Virus record (IMG/VR): IMGVR_UViG_3300045988_107225
DNA: 64,000 bases
From: a virus
Direction: 5' to 3' (one strand)
In this document: piece after piece, positions 28,872-37,873 of the stretch
Position numbering within the stretch: position 1 is the stretch's first letter
How the letters are laid out: every line of letters starts with the position of its first letter
Program-made: the position numbers and the translations under genes
The notes under the pieces: generated by a model
The model's database searches: none
Seen by the model: the letters and a program-made list of their open reading frames with translations, nothing else
Told to the model about the DNA's origin: nothing

Positions 28872-29474
28872 ATGAGACTAACAGTAGAAGAAAACGAATA
28901 CCTGATAAGTAAGTTCCTTTTGGTTCTTACTGAATTTGCAGGGGATGAAAGAGAGATGTTTTTAATCAACTCCATACATGATAAGGCGGTGGCGGATATG
29001 AATTATCGTCTTCCGTCTTTAATAAGCAGAGAACGTAAAAGACGAGTTATTGAGCTCCTTAAAGAAGGAACCAAAATAATCAAGGACTTTTCCGGATATG
29101 CAGGTGATATGGGTATGATTAACGAATACGATCGCCTAAAGAAAGAAATAGGAACCGTCCAAGACCAGCTTGGTGACGTAGAAGGTCAACTTCGGGCAGC
29201 AGGAGAAGTTATTAAAAAAGAACTTGATATGATTGCTGACCGAATCAAAGAAGATCTTCTTGATCGAGAACTGGCTAAAAGTAATGCCGAGGCTGAAAGA
29301 AAAGCCAAAGTAGATCCGAGATACGAAGTAGCTTTAGGTGATTACAAGGAGATGCTGGAAGTGATTTTTACAACCAGAAACAAGTATTCTACGGTAGATT
29401 CTGTACATGACGATCTTCGCCAGTCGGTATCTACCGGTAGAAATTCGATTATTAAAGAAGGGTACAACAGTTAA
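28872..29474 (+). CDS. hypothetical protein (200 aa)
   Basis: In-frame ATG at 28872 just after the A11 run; the track ORF extends upstream into the helicase gene, which I consider a read-through artefact. Confidence 0.5.
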   Translation: MRLTVEENEYLISKFLLVLTEFAGDEREMFLINSIHDKAVADMNYRLPSLISRERKRRVIELLKEGTKIIKDFSGYAGDMGMINEYDRLKKEIGTVQDQLGDVEGQLRAAGEVIKKELDMIADRIKEDLLDRELAKSNAEAERKAKVDPRYEVALGDYKEMLEVIFTTRNKYSTVDSVHDDLRQSVSTGRNSIIKEGYNS

Positions 29475-29489
29475 AAACAAGGAGGGAAT

Positions 29490-29687
29490 ATGGAAAAGAA
29501 GGAATTTAAAGTAGGAGAAGTATTTACTGCCGGACTTGTAAGATTAAAATGTGTGGAAGGTGATACATGCGATGGATGTATATTCGAAGATTACGATTCT
29601 TGTTCATGTACAGACATAATTATTGGTCCATGTGGACATGTTGATAGACAAGATAACAAGAATGTTATTTTTATTAAAGCTGATTAA
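29490..29687 (+). CDS. cysteine-rich small protein (65 aa)
   Basis: ORF track; AGGAGGG upstream. Confidence 0.45.
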   Translation: MEKKEFKVGEVFTAGLVRLKCVEGDTCDGCIFEDYDSCSCTDIIIGPCGHVDRQDNKNVIFIKAD

Positions 29688-29689
29688 GA

Positions 29690-30403
29690 ATGTACATCAA
29701 TTTCAGACAACTTGCAGCATCAGACATGACTCCTAATGATCTTGCCAATCTTCTTGCCATAAGACAGAAGGATACGGTTATGATCGAAGCCATGCCGGAA
29801 GAAGATGCTGGGAGGTATATAGAGCTTGGCCTGGTTGAGAAATTAAAATCAGGCGTGATGAGATTGACCAACAAAGGAACGTCTTTTGTGAATTATATAG
29901 AGACACCGGAAATGACAGACGAGGTTCTGGAAACGTTGAAGATTATGATAGGAATGTACGAATCGTATTCGAAAGACATAGGTGTCAGCAGAAAAGAAGC
30001 AGAATCCAGGTTGTGTTGGTTTATGGGTAACACCTCATTCAAGAAAGAGGTCATACTTCAGGTAACGGAATCTTATATAGCAGAGTCAGGAGATTATACA
30101 ATGAGCTTATGTAACTTCATATGGAAACCGCCTTCTCAGGCTTTTTCAGTTCATATGAACCTTAAAAATTCAAAGCTCTTTGACTTAATAGCTGAAAAAT
30201 TTAAGATCGCTACCGAGCCTTATTTGGAGTCTAAGAAGAATAAGGAAATGGATTGGTTGTTTGCCGTATCTAAATTGCCTACGCCGCCAGCTAAAGGCAA
30301 TCCGGATTATTTGTTTACCGGAAGTTCTGAAACAGACAAAGAGCGATTGAAAAACATAAAAACATACTTATTTAACAAAATTAGAAAGCAATGGAAAAAG
30401 TAA
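29690..30403 (+). CDS. hypothetical protein (237 aa)
   Basis: ORF track; first gene of the ACP/NfeD/flotillin block. Confidence 0.55.
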   Translation: MYINFRQLAASDMTPNDLANLLAIRQKDTVMIEAMPEEDAGRYIELGLVEKLKSGVMRLTNKGTSFVNYIETPEMTDEVLETLKIMIGMYESYSKDIGVSRKEAESRLCWFMGNTSFKKEVILQVTESYIAESGDYTMSLCNFIWKPPSQAFSVHMNLKNSKLFDLIAEKFKIATEPYLESKKNKEMDWLFAVSKLPTPPAKGNPDYLFTGSSETDKERLKNIKTYLFNKIRKQWKK

Positions 30404-30642
30404 GAATCAGAAAGATAATAGAGGATATAATTATTACTCAGTTTCTTAATTCAGAAATGGATATAGTTCACGAAGAAGATGTGACGTTTAAAGAACTTGG
30501 ATTAGATTCTCTTGATCAAATTGTACTTGAAATGATGGTGGAACAAAAATTCAATATTGTTATTATTGATTATGATATGGAGACCATCAAAGATATGACT
30601 GATCTTGTTTACAAAATAATAACAGAAGGATATGGGAAGTGA
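30391..30642 (+). CDS. acpP: acyl carrier protein-like (phosphopantetheine-attachment DSL motif)
   Basis: RIRKIIEDII ... FKELGLDSLDQIVLEMMVEQKFNIVI aligns with E. coli AcpP RVKKIIGEQL ... [26 protein letters not shown], including the Ser of DSL. Confidence 0.75.
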   Translation: MEKVRIRKIIEDIIITQFLNSEMDIVHEEDVTFKELGLDSLDQIVLEMMVEQKFNIVIIDYDMETIKDMTDLVYKIITEGYGK

Positions 30643-31126
30643 TATAATTTTATGCATGGCTTTAATAGCGTCATTTGCTTTTGTTATACAGTTTTTGTTG
30701 TCGATATTAGGATCTGATCTGGATACGGATATTGACATTGACAGTGCTTCTGATTTAAGCATGTCTTTGTCGGACATCATATCATTCAAGGGCATAACAC
30801 ATTTCATTCTTGGATATAGCTGGACTACTTACTTTTCGGGTTCCCATTTAGTAGGGGTTGTGATAGGGTCGTTTTTCTTTATCGTTTTGTTTTACGTATA
30901 TAAGTTACTTCTTAAGTTAAAGCAAGAAATGGTGTACGAATGTCCGGAAGATTTAAACGGAAGAGAAGTGGAGATAGTATTTAGATCAGGGAAGAATCAT
31001 TATATGGTAAATATTTCGAAAAATGGAAGACAAGAGCAAATGAGAGTAAGATGCTTGTCTGGAAAAACTTACAAAAACGGTGACAAGGTGAATATAAAAT
31101 ACGAAGAAGGAGAATTAAGTATCTAA
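30632..31126 (+). CDS. NfeD-like (YuaF-type) membrane protein
   Basis: Two or three N-terminal TM helices plus a C-terminal beta-rich segment GREVEIVFRSGKNHYMVN ... GDKVNIKYEEGELSI; sits immediately upstream of a flotillin gene, as in bacterial nfeD-floT operons. Confidence 0.55.
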   Translation: MGSDIILCMALIASFAFVIQFLLSILGSDLDTDIDIDSASDLSMSLSDIISFKGITHFILGYSWTTYFSGSHLVGVVIGSFFFIVLFYVYKLLLKLKQEMVYECPEDLNGREVEIVFRSGKNHYMVNISKNGRQEQMRVRCLSGKTYKNGDKVNIKYEEGELSI

Positions 31127-31157
31127 TTTTTTTATCAACAATTAAATTTTAAAAGTT

Positions 31158-32858
31158 ATGACAACAATCATGTACGTGTCAGCTATCTTAGCTGTAGTGA
31201 TTATTTTAACAATCATCGGAGTCTTATCAAGGTATCGTAGATGTAAGCCTAATCAGGTCTTGGTTGTTTACGGTAGGACAGGTGGGGAAAAGAAGTCGGC
31301 GAAATTATATCATGGTGGAGCGGCATTTGTCTTGCCTATTATTCAAAGCTATGATGTTTTGTCAATGGAGCCTATGCAAATAGATTGCAAGCTTACCGGT
31401 GCTTTGTCATCTCAGAATATTAGAGTAGATGTACCCACAACCATTACAGTAGCTATCAGTACAAATCCCGAAATCATGCAAAATGCGGCAGAAAGACTTT
31501 TGGGGATGGATACCGAATCTACTGAAAATCTTATTACGGACATCGTTTACGGTCAGATGCGTTTGATTATTGCCGAAATGACGATCGAAAAACTTAATTC
31601 TGACAGGGATGAGTTTTTAGATAAGGCAAGAAAGAACATTGATAACGAGCTTAATAAGTTAGGTCTTTACCTCCTGAACATCAACATCAGTGACATTAGA
31701 GACGAAGCCGGTTATATTATGAACCTTGGTAAGGAAGCTGAAAGTAGGGCTCTGAACGAAGCACAGGCTAATATCGAAGAACAGGAGAAGCTGGGTGCTA
31801 TTAAGATTGCTGTACAGCAGAAGGAGAAAGAAACGGCTGTAGCTAATACCAAAAAAGAACAAGAGATTCAAATTGCTTGTACTGAAAAAGAAAAGGAAAC
31901 GATAGTAGCTGAAACGAAGAAAGAAAAAGAAATAGCTTTAGCTTTAACCGATAAAGAAAAACAGATTGGTGTAGCTCAAGCAGATAGAGACAGGGCTGCG
32001 GTTATCGCAAAAACTTTAACCGACAAGGAATCGGCGATCGTAAGATCTAAGGCAGAACTTGAAGTAAATAAAGCCGAGGCTGAAAGGATGGAAGAAGTCG
32101 GAAAGAATAAGGCTGAAGCTGACAAGGAAGCAGCTATAGCAATACAAGACTCTGAAGCTCAGATTAAGAAGGCTGAGGCTGAGAAAAATGCGTCTATAGG
32201 ATACAACAATGCCCAGAAGGAGGTTGCTGTGTCAGTATCAGAACTACAGATTATCAAAGCTCAATCAGAGAAGAAGGCCGGAGAAGAAAAAGTTAAATCG
32301 GAAGCGGCTGTAAAAACAGCAAAAGAGCTTGCCGACAAAGAAGTGGAAGAAGCTAAGGCTAAGAAAGTTCAGGCTGCGCTTAAGGCTGAAAAGATTGTGC
32401 CGGCTGAAACCCAGAAGGAAGAGGCTATCTTGCAAGCTGATGCCGAGGCCGAGAAGATCAAACGCCGGGCTGAGGCTGAGGCAGCAGCACATTTGGCAAA
32501 AGCTGAGGCAGAGGCAAAAGCTATTCAGATGAAGCTGGAGGCAGAAGCCGAAGGTAAGAAAAAGTCGTTAATGGCAGAAGCCGACGGATTTAAGGCTATG
32601 GTGGAAGCAGCAGAATCCAATCCTCAGATCGCCATCCAGTACAAGATGGTTAATCAGTGGAAAGAAATTGCTGGAGAACAGGTTAAAGCATTTGAGCACA
32701 TTAATCTCGGAAATATCACGGTATTTGACGGCGGTCAGAACAGTACCGGTAATTTCCTTAACAATGTTGTCAAGACCGTCGCTCCGGCATTGGGAGTCAT
32801 TGATCAGCTTCCGATTGCAGATACTTTAAAGAAATTAAAAGGAGATGACAAAAAATAA
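31158..32858 (+). CDS. floT: flotillin-like SPFH/band-7 protein (FloT/YuaG-like, 566 aa)
   Basis: N-terminal TM helix; SPFH-domain signature (PNQVLVVYGRTGG, VLPIIQSYDVLSMEPMQID); long Ala/Glu/Lys-rich EA-repeat coiled coil; C-terminal flotillin-type tail. Confidence 0.8.
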   Translation: MTTIMYVSAILAVVIILTIIGVLSRYRRCKPNQVLVVYGRTGGEKKSAKLYHGGAAFVLPIIQSYDVLSMEPMQIDCKLTGALSSQNIRVDVPTTITVAISTNPEIMQNAAERLLGMDTESTENLITDIVYGQMRLIIAEMTIEKLNSDRDEFLDKARKNIDNELNKLGLYLLNINISDIRDEAGYIMNLGKEAESRALNEAQANIEEQEKLGAIKIAVQQKEKETAVANTKKEQEIQIACTEKEKETIVAETKKEKEIALALTDKEKQIGVAQADRDRAAVIAKTLTDKESAIVRSKAELEVNKAEAERMEEVGKNKAEADKEAAIAIQDSEAQIKKAEAEKNASIGYNNAQKEVAVSVSELQIIKAQSEKKAGEEKVKSEAAVKTAKELADKEVEEAKAKKVQAALKAEKIVPAETQKEEAILQADAEAEKIKRRAEAEAAAHLAKAEAEAKAIQMKLEAEAEGKKKSLMAEADGFKAMVEAAESNPQIAIQYKMVNQWKEIAGEQVKAFEHINLGNITVFDGGQNSTGNFLNNVVKTVAPALGVIDQLPIADTLKKLKGDDKK

Positions 32859-32865
32859 ATACAAT

Positions 32866-32887
32866 GGCCCAAGGTTACACTTGGGCC
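32866..32887 (+). terminator. GC-rich hairpin 8 nt after the flotillin stop
   Basis: Perfect 8-bp stem GGCCCAAG / CTTGGGCC with a 6-nt loop; no strong U-tract. Confidence 0.35.
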
Positions 32888-32919
32888 TAATTGAAGAAAT
32901 AAAAGCAGCATTCATAGAT

Positions 32920-32935
32920 TTCCTGCCGGCAGGAA
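32920..32935. promoter_or_regulatory. perfect 16-bp palindrome TTCCTGCCGGCAGGAA (candidate operator / protein-binding site)
   Basis: Read directly; lies in the 207-bp gap between flotillin and the next gene. Confidence 0.35.
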
Positions 32936-33065
32936 CAGTGCTTTACTAATTACGATATTTTTAACATGGATTTTGGACAAGATTTAGAACCAGAAGAACT
33001 GACCAAGCATTATGATCAGTGTTATGGAATTGATTTTGAAACAGAAGAAGAGGAGGATGAAGAGT

Positions 33066-33371
33066 ATGACCGATGAGGAATTTGCATTAGATAATAAGAA
33101 AAAGGTTGTTGTAAGAAAAAGAATATCTTATTTAAACAAAGGGGATAAAGTGTGGATCGTGTCTTCCGACGGGTATCTGCTACACACGGACGTAGTTAGA
33201 GCCGAACGCGGACGGTCTTATGTGGATATAGATGGGATTCTGTATTGGAAGCGAGGATTAGATGGCAAGCATCGTAATCGTAATAACTACATGCAGTTTG
33301 CCATGACACCAGAAGACGGTAAGAAGTATGTCGTATATTACCCGGAAGGATTTAAAGACAATGACTTATGA
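33066..33371 (+). CDS. hypothetical protein (101 aa)
   Basis: ATG at 33066 preceded by GAGGAGGA; track start 33012 lies inside the upstream structured region. Confidence 0.5.
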   Translation: MTDEEFALDNKKKVVVRKRISYLNKGDKVWIVSSDGYLLHTDVVRAERGRSYVDIDGILYWKRGLDGKHRNRNNYMQFAMTPEDGKKYVVYYPEGFKDNDL

Positions 33372-34387
33372 TGGTCCCGGAAACGCATTTGCTATATAAG
33401 GAGTTTAATGGTGTAAAACGTCTTGCCATATCTTATTCCCAGATAGATACGTTTCTTACCTGTCCAATGAAATGGTATAAGACTTACGTAGAGGGCAAAA
33501 GGTCTACGGAAAAACAAGAAGCTACGTCTTATGGTACGGTTATCCATAAGACACTGGAATACTTTTTTAAGAACGGAAGACAGCCTTCTGGTAAAGACCT
33601 TGGAGAAGCAATAAGTTATTATTCCTATCAAGAAGACATACCTTGGCAATCACCGGAAAATATGATGATAGCCATGAAACAATCCGGGGAGCTTCTTGCT
33701 TGGATTGTGGATCTGTTTAAAAAAGATGGGAATAGGTTTATGATAGCTGATAGTGATCTTAATCCATGTGAGAAACTTATCAGACACGGCGCTATAGTTG
33801 GAGTCGAAGAAGATTTTGTGTTGCCGTACCGTCTTCCTAAGCCTGTTGATATAAATGGTGACGTTCATACACATGTGTACATAGTAGGATCGGTAGACCT
33901 TCATCTGGCTATAAAGAGCAAGAACGTAGTTCACCATTATGTCATAGATTGGAAATCAGGTAATAAGGTTTTTGATTCTAAGAAGTTGGAAACGAATTTA
34001 CAGCATCCTATATATTCGTTTTACATCTATAGAAAATATGGTGGAGTTCTGCCAGATATGAACATCTATTTCTTTACCAGGACCAGACAATACCAAAAGG
34101 TTAAAGTGGATGAGGAACGTAAAACAAAATCTATAGAAATGCTAAATGACACTTTATCCAAAATGTATGATTTTGAAGATAATAGTGTAAAAACATTTCA
34201 AGCGTACATCCAGGGAGCAGAAGGAGCCAGGTATAGCAAGCGGAGCGCCACCCTAAGTCAGCCTGTTCCGCAAAACAGGCTGCCCTGCCCGTCAGCACTG
34301 TGTTATTATTGTGACTTTGGATTACATAACAAAAACGAATGCCCTTTCTCTTCGGATTGGGATCCGTCTAAAAAGATAAAACGATGA
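33368..34387 (+). CDS. RecB/Cas4-like PD-(D/E)xK nuclease with Fe-S cysteines
   Basis: YSQIDTFLTCPMKWY (motif I with N-terminal Cys); GTVIHKTLE; GSVDL ... IDWKSG (D ... DxK); C-terminal CPSALCYYC ... ECPF. Confidence 0.6.
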   Translation: MMVPETHLLYKEFNGVKRLAISYSQIDTFLTCPMKWYKTYVEGKRSTEKQEATSYGTVIHKTLEYFFKNGRQPSGKDLGEAISYYSYQEDIPWQSPENMMIAMKQSGELLAWIVDLFKKDGNRFMIADSDLNPCEKLIRHGAIVGVEEDFVLPYRLPKPVDINGDVHTHVYIVGSVDLHLAIKSKNVVHHYVIDWKSGNKVFDSKKLETNLQHPIYSFYIYRKYGGVLPDMNIYFFTRTRQYQKVKVDEERKTKSIEMLNDTLSKMYDFEDNSVKTFQAYIQGAEGARYSKRSATLSQPVPQNRLPCPSALCYYCDFGLHNKNECPFSSDWDPSKKIKR

Positions 34388-34554
34388 AATACGAGGATGT
34401 TCAAAAGTTAAGAACAAAATACCGGCAAGATCCGGAAGTTATAAACGTAGAATACATGAGAGATGTTGCTGTAAGATGCGGGAATTTCAAGAAAGCGTTT
34501 GAGCTTCAGGAGAAGCTGGAGGATATATGGTTCAACTATTTAAAAGGAGTGTAA
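34384..34554 (+). CDS. small hypothetical protein (56 aa)
   Basis: ATGA overlap with upstream stop; TAATG overlap with downstream start. Confidence 0.35.
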   Translation: MKYEDVQKLRTKYRQDPEVINVEYMRDVAVRCGNFKKAFELQEKLEDIWFNYLKGV

Positions 34555-34877
34555 TGAAAGAAGATCTAATATGTGGAGTAGCGATCCTTTTGTATTTAGT
34601 TTTATTATACTTACTCACGACAGCTTTCATAAAAACAGGTAGAGCAGTAGATCGTTATAAGATGAAGAAGAAAACTGACAAAATCAAAGTAGGTCAAAGA
34701 TACGAACATAAGAGCTACTTTGAGGATCCATTTGAAAGAGGCAAGCATGTGATTAAGATATTAGACATAAAAGAAGGGTACGCTCTATATGAGTACGAAG
34801 AAAAACTATATATACGTTCTTCTGTGAGTCTTGAAGACATTGTTAAAAGATATGTTTTAATTACTGATATAAAATAA
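34554..34877 (+). CDS. membrane-anchored hypothetical protein (107 aa)
   Basis: ATG at 34554 (the track start upstream is not ATG); N-terminal TM LICGVAILLYLVLLYLLTTAFI. Confidence 0.5.
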   Translation: MKEDLICGVAILLYLVLLYLLTTAFIKTGRAVDRYKMKKKTDKIKVGQRYEHKSYFEDPFERGKHVIKILDIKEGYALYEYEEKLYIRSSVSLEDIVKRYVLITDIK

Positions 34878-34883
34878 GGGGTT

Positions 34884-35270
34884 ATGGAAAAGAAAGTCAC
34901 AATCAAAGAAGGGATGGGTATTTTTTACAAAAATGCAGGGAAAGATATATGGGTCTATATTGGACTTTTTGGAAACAAAGTGCTATCCATTTTAAAAAAC
35001 AAAGGTGTTATTGCATGCGAAAACGATGCTGAATATTGCGTGTTGATGGATGGAGAAGATCATTTTATAAGTATAGCAAAAGACATGAGTCACGACTATT
35101 GTTGTGAGTACGTTGTAGAAAGAGCAGAAGCCTACAGAGACTACCCATCCAAAGGTGCTACATGCAGTGTATGCCTGTTTGAAGATAATGAGAATAAAGC
35201 AAGGGAGATGTTGAAAGAGGCGATAATAGAACTTTCAAAAAATAATATAATAGATTGTGATGGGCTTTGA
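34884..35270 (+). CDS. hypothetical protein (128 aa)
   Basis: ORF track. Confidence 0.5.
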   Translation: MEKKVTIKEGMGIFYKNAGKDIWVYIGLFGNKVLSILKNKGVIACENDAEYCVLMDGEDHFISIAKDMSHDYCCEYVVERAEAYRDYPSKGATCSVCLFEDNENKAREMLKEAIIELSKNNIIDCDGL

Positions 35271-36681
35271 ACTTAGACCTTACCAGAAAGAGGCAGTAGA
35301 TGCCGGGCTTAAGTTTCTTACAGGAAGATCTAAGAAGCCTGGCATAATCGTAGCTCCATGCGGATGTGGAAAGAGCCTTCTGATATCCAAGATAGCACAT
35401 GAAATAAATAGACCGACATTAGTATTACAGCCCTCAAAAGAGATTCTGGAGCAGAATTATGCAAAGGCCGTATCATTCGGTTCTAAACCTACTATATATT
35501 CTGCTTCATGTGGTATAAAGGAGCTGTCGGCTATGACTTATGCAACATTAAAGAGCATAAAGAAAGATGTAGCGAGGTTGAAGGATATAGGGATAGATAC
35601 CTTATTGATAGACGAATGTCATTCAGGATATTCTCCTGAAGAAGGTTCTGAATTTATGGAGTTTATGAACAGGTTCCCAGAGGCGAAGGTGCTGGGCTTC
35701 ACCGCCACTCCCTGCCGCCTCCGAACCTACAGTTCCATGCTGGAAGGAAACTATAGCAAGCTCAATATGCTGACGAAAGACGAGCATAATTTCTTCAAGA
35801 AAATAGTTCATGTGACTCAAATACAAGAACTAACCTCTCAAGGGTTTTGGTGTCCACTTAAGTACGAACGATGGTCGTTTGATGAATCGGCTCTGATGTT
35901 AAACAGTACCGGAGCTGAATACACCAACGAATCTATTAAAGAAAGTATTGTACGAAATGGCTTAAACAACTCTATCTACAAGCGCCTTCTTCAACTTATG
36001 AACGAACGTAAAGCCATTTTGGTCTGTATGGATTCTATCGAATCATGTAATAGAATATCAGAGTTCATGAATGCCAAGATGGGAGCCATAACCGGTGTCG
36101 TAACATCACTAACAACTAAAAAGAAAAGAGAGCAAATCATATCCGATTTCAAAGAAGGTAAGTTGAAGGTGGTTTTTAATTATTCAACGCTTGCTACCGG
36201 ATTTGATTTTCCTGAACTTGATTGTGTGATGTTTGGTCGCCCAACTTTCTCATATTCAACGTATTACCAAATATTAGGCCGAGCCGTCCGCATCCATCCT
36301 GACAAGAAAGAGGCGTTGATAGTTGATTGCTGCGACAACATGAGGCGTTTCGGTCGGATAGAAGACCTGACAATCGAGCAATTCCCTTCTAAGGGCTGGT
36401 GTATGTTTGCCGGCGATCAACTTCTGTCCAATATAAGGATGGGTGATATTATTACCAAAGACGAGATCCTTCGCCGGGCAGCCTCGCTTAAATCTGTGAA
36501 TGGAGATGGTAGGAGAGAAGACGATCTTGACAGTATAATAATGTGGTTTGGAAAATATGAAGGAATTAGATTCAAGGACATACCAGTGTCGTATTTTAGG
36601 TTCTTGGCTGAGAATATGGCAGTAAAACCAGGAGACAGGAAAGAAAAGATTATCGAATATTATAATAGAATAAAAGCATGA
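35260..36681 (+). CDS. SF2 (DExH-box) DNA helicase
   Basis: Motif I VAPCGCGKS, motif II LLIDECH, motif III GFTATP, motif VI QILGRAVR; track start 35257 is GTG, ATG at 35260. Confidence 0.75.
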   Translation: MGFELRPYQKEAVDAGLKFLTGRSKKPGIIVAPCGCGKSLLISKIAHEINRPTLVLQPSKEILEQNYAKAVSFGSKPTIYSASCGIKELSAMTYATLKSIKKDVARLKDIGIDTLLIDECHSGYSPEEGSEFMEFMNRFPEAKVLGFTATPCRLRTYSSMLEGNYSKLNMLTKDEHNFFKKIVHVTQIQELTSQGFWCPLKYERWSFDESALMLNSTGAEYTNESIKESIVRNGLNNSIYKRLLQLMNERKAILVCMDSIESCNRISEFMNAKMGAITGVVTSLTTKKKREQIISDFKEGKLKVVFNYSTLATGFDFPELDCVMFGRPTFSYSTYYQILGRAVRIHPDKKEALIVDCCDNMRRFGRIEDLTIEQFPSKGWCMFAGDQLLSNIRMGDIITKDEILRRAASLKSVNGDGRREDDLDSIIMWFGKYEGIRFKDIPVSYFRFLAENMAVKPGDRKEKIIEYYNRIKA

Positions 36682-37040
36682 ACAGCAAAAGACGTAAGAA
36701 AATAGAGGATATTATTTCCAATTTGGAAAAGCATAAAACAGATCTTGAGTTTATCAAATCAAAGCTGTCAGAGGTTAGGCATAATCTGGATTCAGCCAAG
36801 GATGATGTTGATATGATTTTAGACGAAGAGACGGAAGCAAGAGATAATATGCCGGAGTCGTTACAAGATACAGAAAGATATTATCAATCAGATGAGGCTG
36901 TAGCTAATATGGAGGCGGTTGTTGATGATATAGAAAGTATTGTAGGGGATTTAGAGAATGCGGTTTCAACCATTGATGATAAAATCAATGACATAGAAAC
37001 TGGTATTATAGGGAATTTAGAGGCAGCCATAGGCGCATAA
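36678..37040 (+). CDS. acidic coiled-coil protein (120 aa)
   Basis: ORF track; basic N-terminus then D/E-rich. Confidence 0.5.
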   Translation: MNSKRRKKIEDIISNLEKHKTDLEFIKSKLSEVRHNLDSAKDDVDMILDEETEARDNMPESLQDTERYYQSDEAVANMEAVVDDIESIVGDLENAVSTIDDKINDIETGIIGNLEAAIGA

Positions 37041-37089
37041 CGTAAAAATATAATCATAAAATTTAACACAATATATTTGTATAGATATA

Positions 37090-37126
37090 ATACGATACAT
37101 ATTTTTGTATCGTATTATTTTTTATG
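37090..37126 (+). terminator. rho-independent terminator-like hairpin (stem ATACGATAC/GTATCGTAT, 8-nt loop) followed by a T-run
   Basis: Perfect 9-bp inverted repeat 37090-37098 / 37107-37115, then TATTTTTTAT. Confidence 0.45.
37100..37107 (+). promoter_or_regulatory. Bacteroidota-type -7 promoter motif TAnnTTTG (TATTTTTG)
   Basis: 31 nt upstream of ATG 37138; overlaps the hairpin loop; the motif alone is expected by chance in an AT-rich genome. Confidence 0.25.
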
Positions 37127-37137
37127 TGTTATATTTT

Positions 37138-37872
37138 ATGAAAACAAATGTTACAATGGTATCAAAAGACCGAGAATTATTTGGCGTAATAATTAAGCAG
37201 GACACTAAAACTTCGTTTATGTCCTTAACAGACCTTCAGGAAGCCTATACGAAGAAGAGGGTTGAGATGGGGTGGAATGAAAAGAGAATAGAGAATATCC
37301 TATCTAATAAGGAGAGTGCGGAACGTGTTTACTATATCCTTGAAAAACAAGGATATAAGATAGAATCAGGATTTCCTGGTTTTATACAATCTGTTGAAAA
37401 AGAGTCACTTATAAAAGTGATGAAAAAAATGGGAGCTTATAAGACAATGGGTAGAGGAGAGAATAGGAGAACTATGTGTAATCCATATATATGGGTGCTT
37501 GTAGCTATGGAACTAAACCCTATGTTGTATGCTGAGGTTGTTACGTGGTTAACAGATAAGCTTATCTTAAACCGAATAGAGGCAGGTGATAAATACAATG
37601 TCTTGTCAAGAGCTATATCAAGATTTCCGGATGCCGATTACTCCAAGATGGCTAAAGGCTTAAATTGGATTGTATTTAATGAGCATGAAAGCATGATAAG
37701 AAATAGGGCTACACAGGAGCAGTTGAAAGAACTTGAAACCCTACAGTCTAATCTTGCATTCTGCATAGAGATGGGAACCATCTCTTCTTTCTCTAATTTA
37801 ATGAACATGATGAGATCTATATATGTAAAGAAATGGGGAGAAGAGGCTGTAACTTCTAAAAACGTAAAATAA
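37138..37872 (+). CDS. KilA-N domain protein
   Basis: MCNPYIWVLVAMELNPMLYAEVVTWL resembles the KilA-N core (TWVHPDLAIEFARWLSPEFAVWV); track start 37105 is TTG inside the terminator hairpin, ATG at 37138. Confidence 0.5.
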   Translation: MKTNVTMVSKDRELFGVIIKQDTKTSFMSLTDLQEAYTKKRVEMGWNEKRIENILSNKESAERVYYILEKQGYKIESGFPGFIQSVEKESLIKVMKKMGAYKTMGRGENRRTMCNPYIWVLVAMELNPMLYAEVVTWLTDKLILNRIEAGDKYNVLSRAISRFPDADYSKMAKGLNWIVFNEHESMIRNRATQEQLKELETLQSNLAFCIEMGTISSFSNLMNMMRSIYVKKWGEEAVTSKNVK

Positions 37873-37873
37873 T

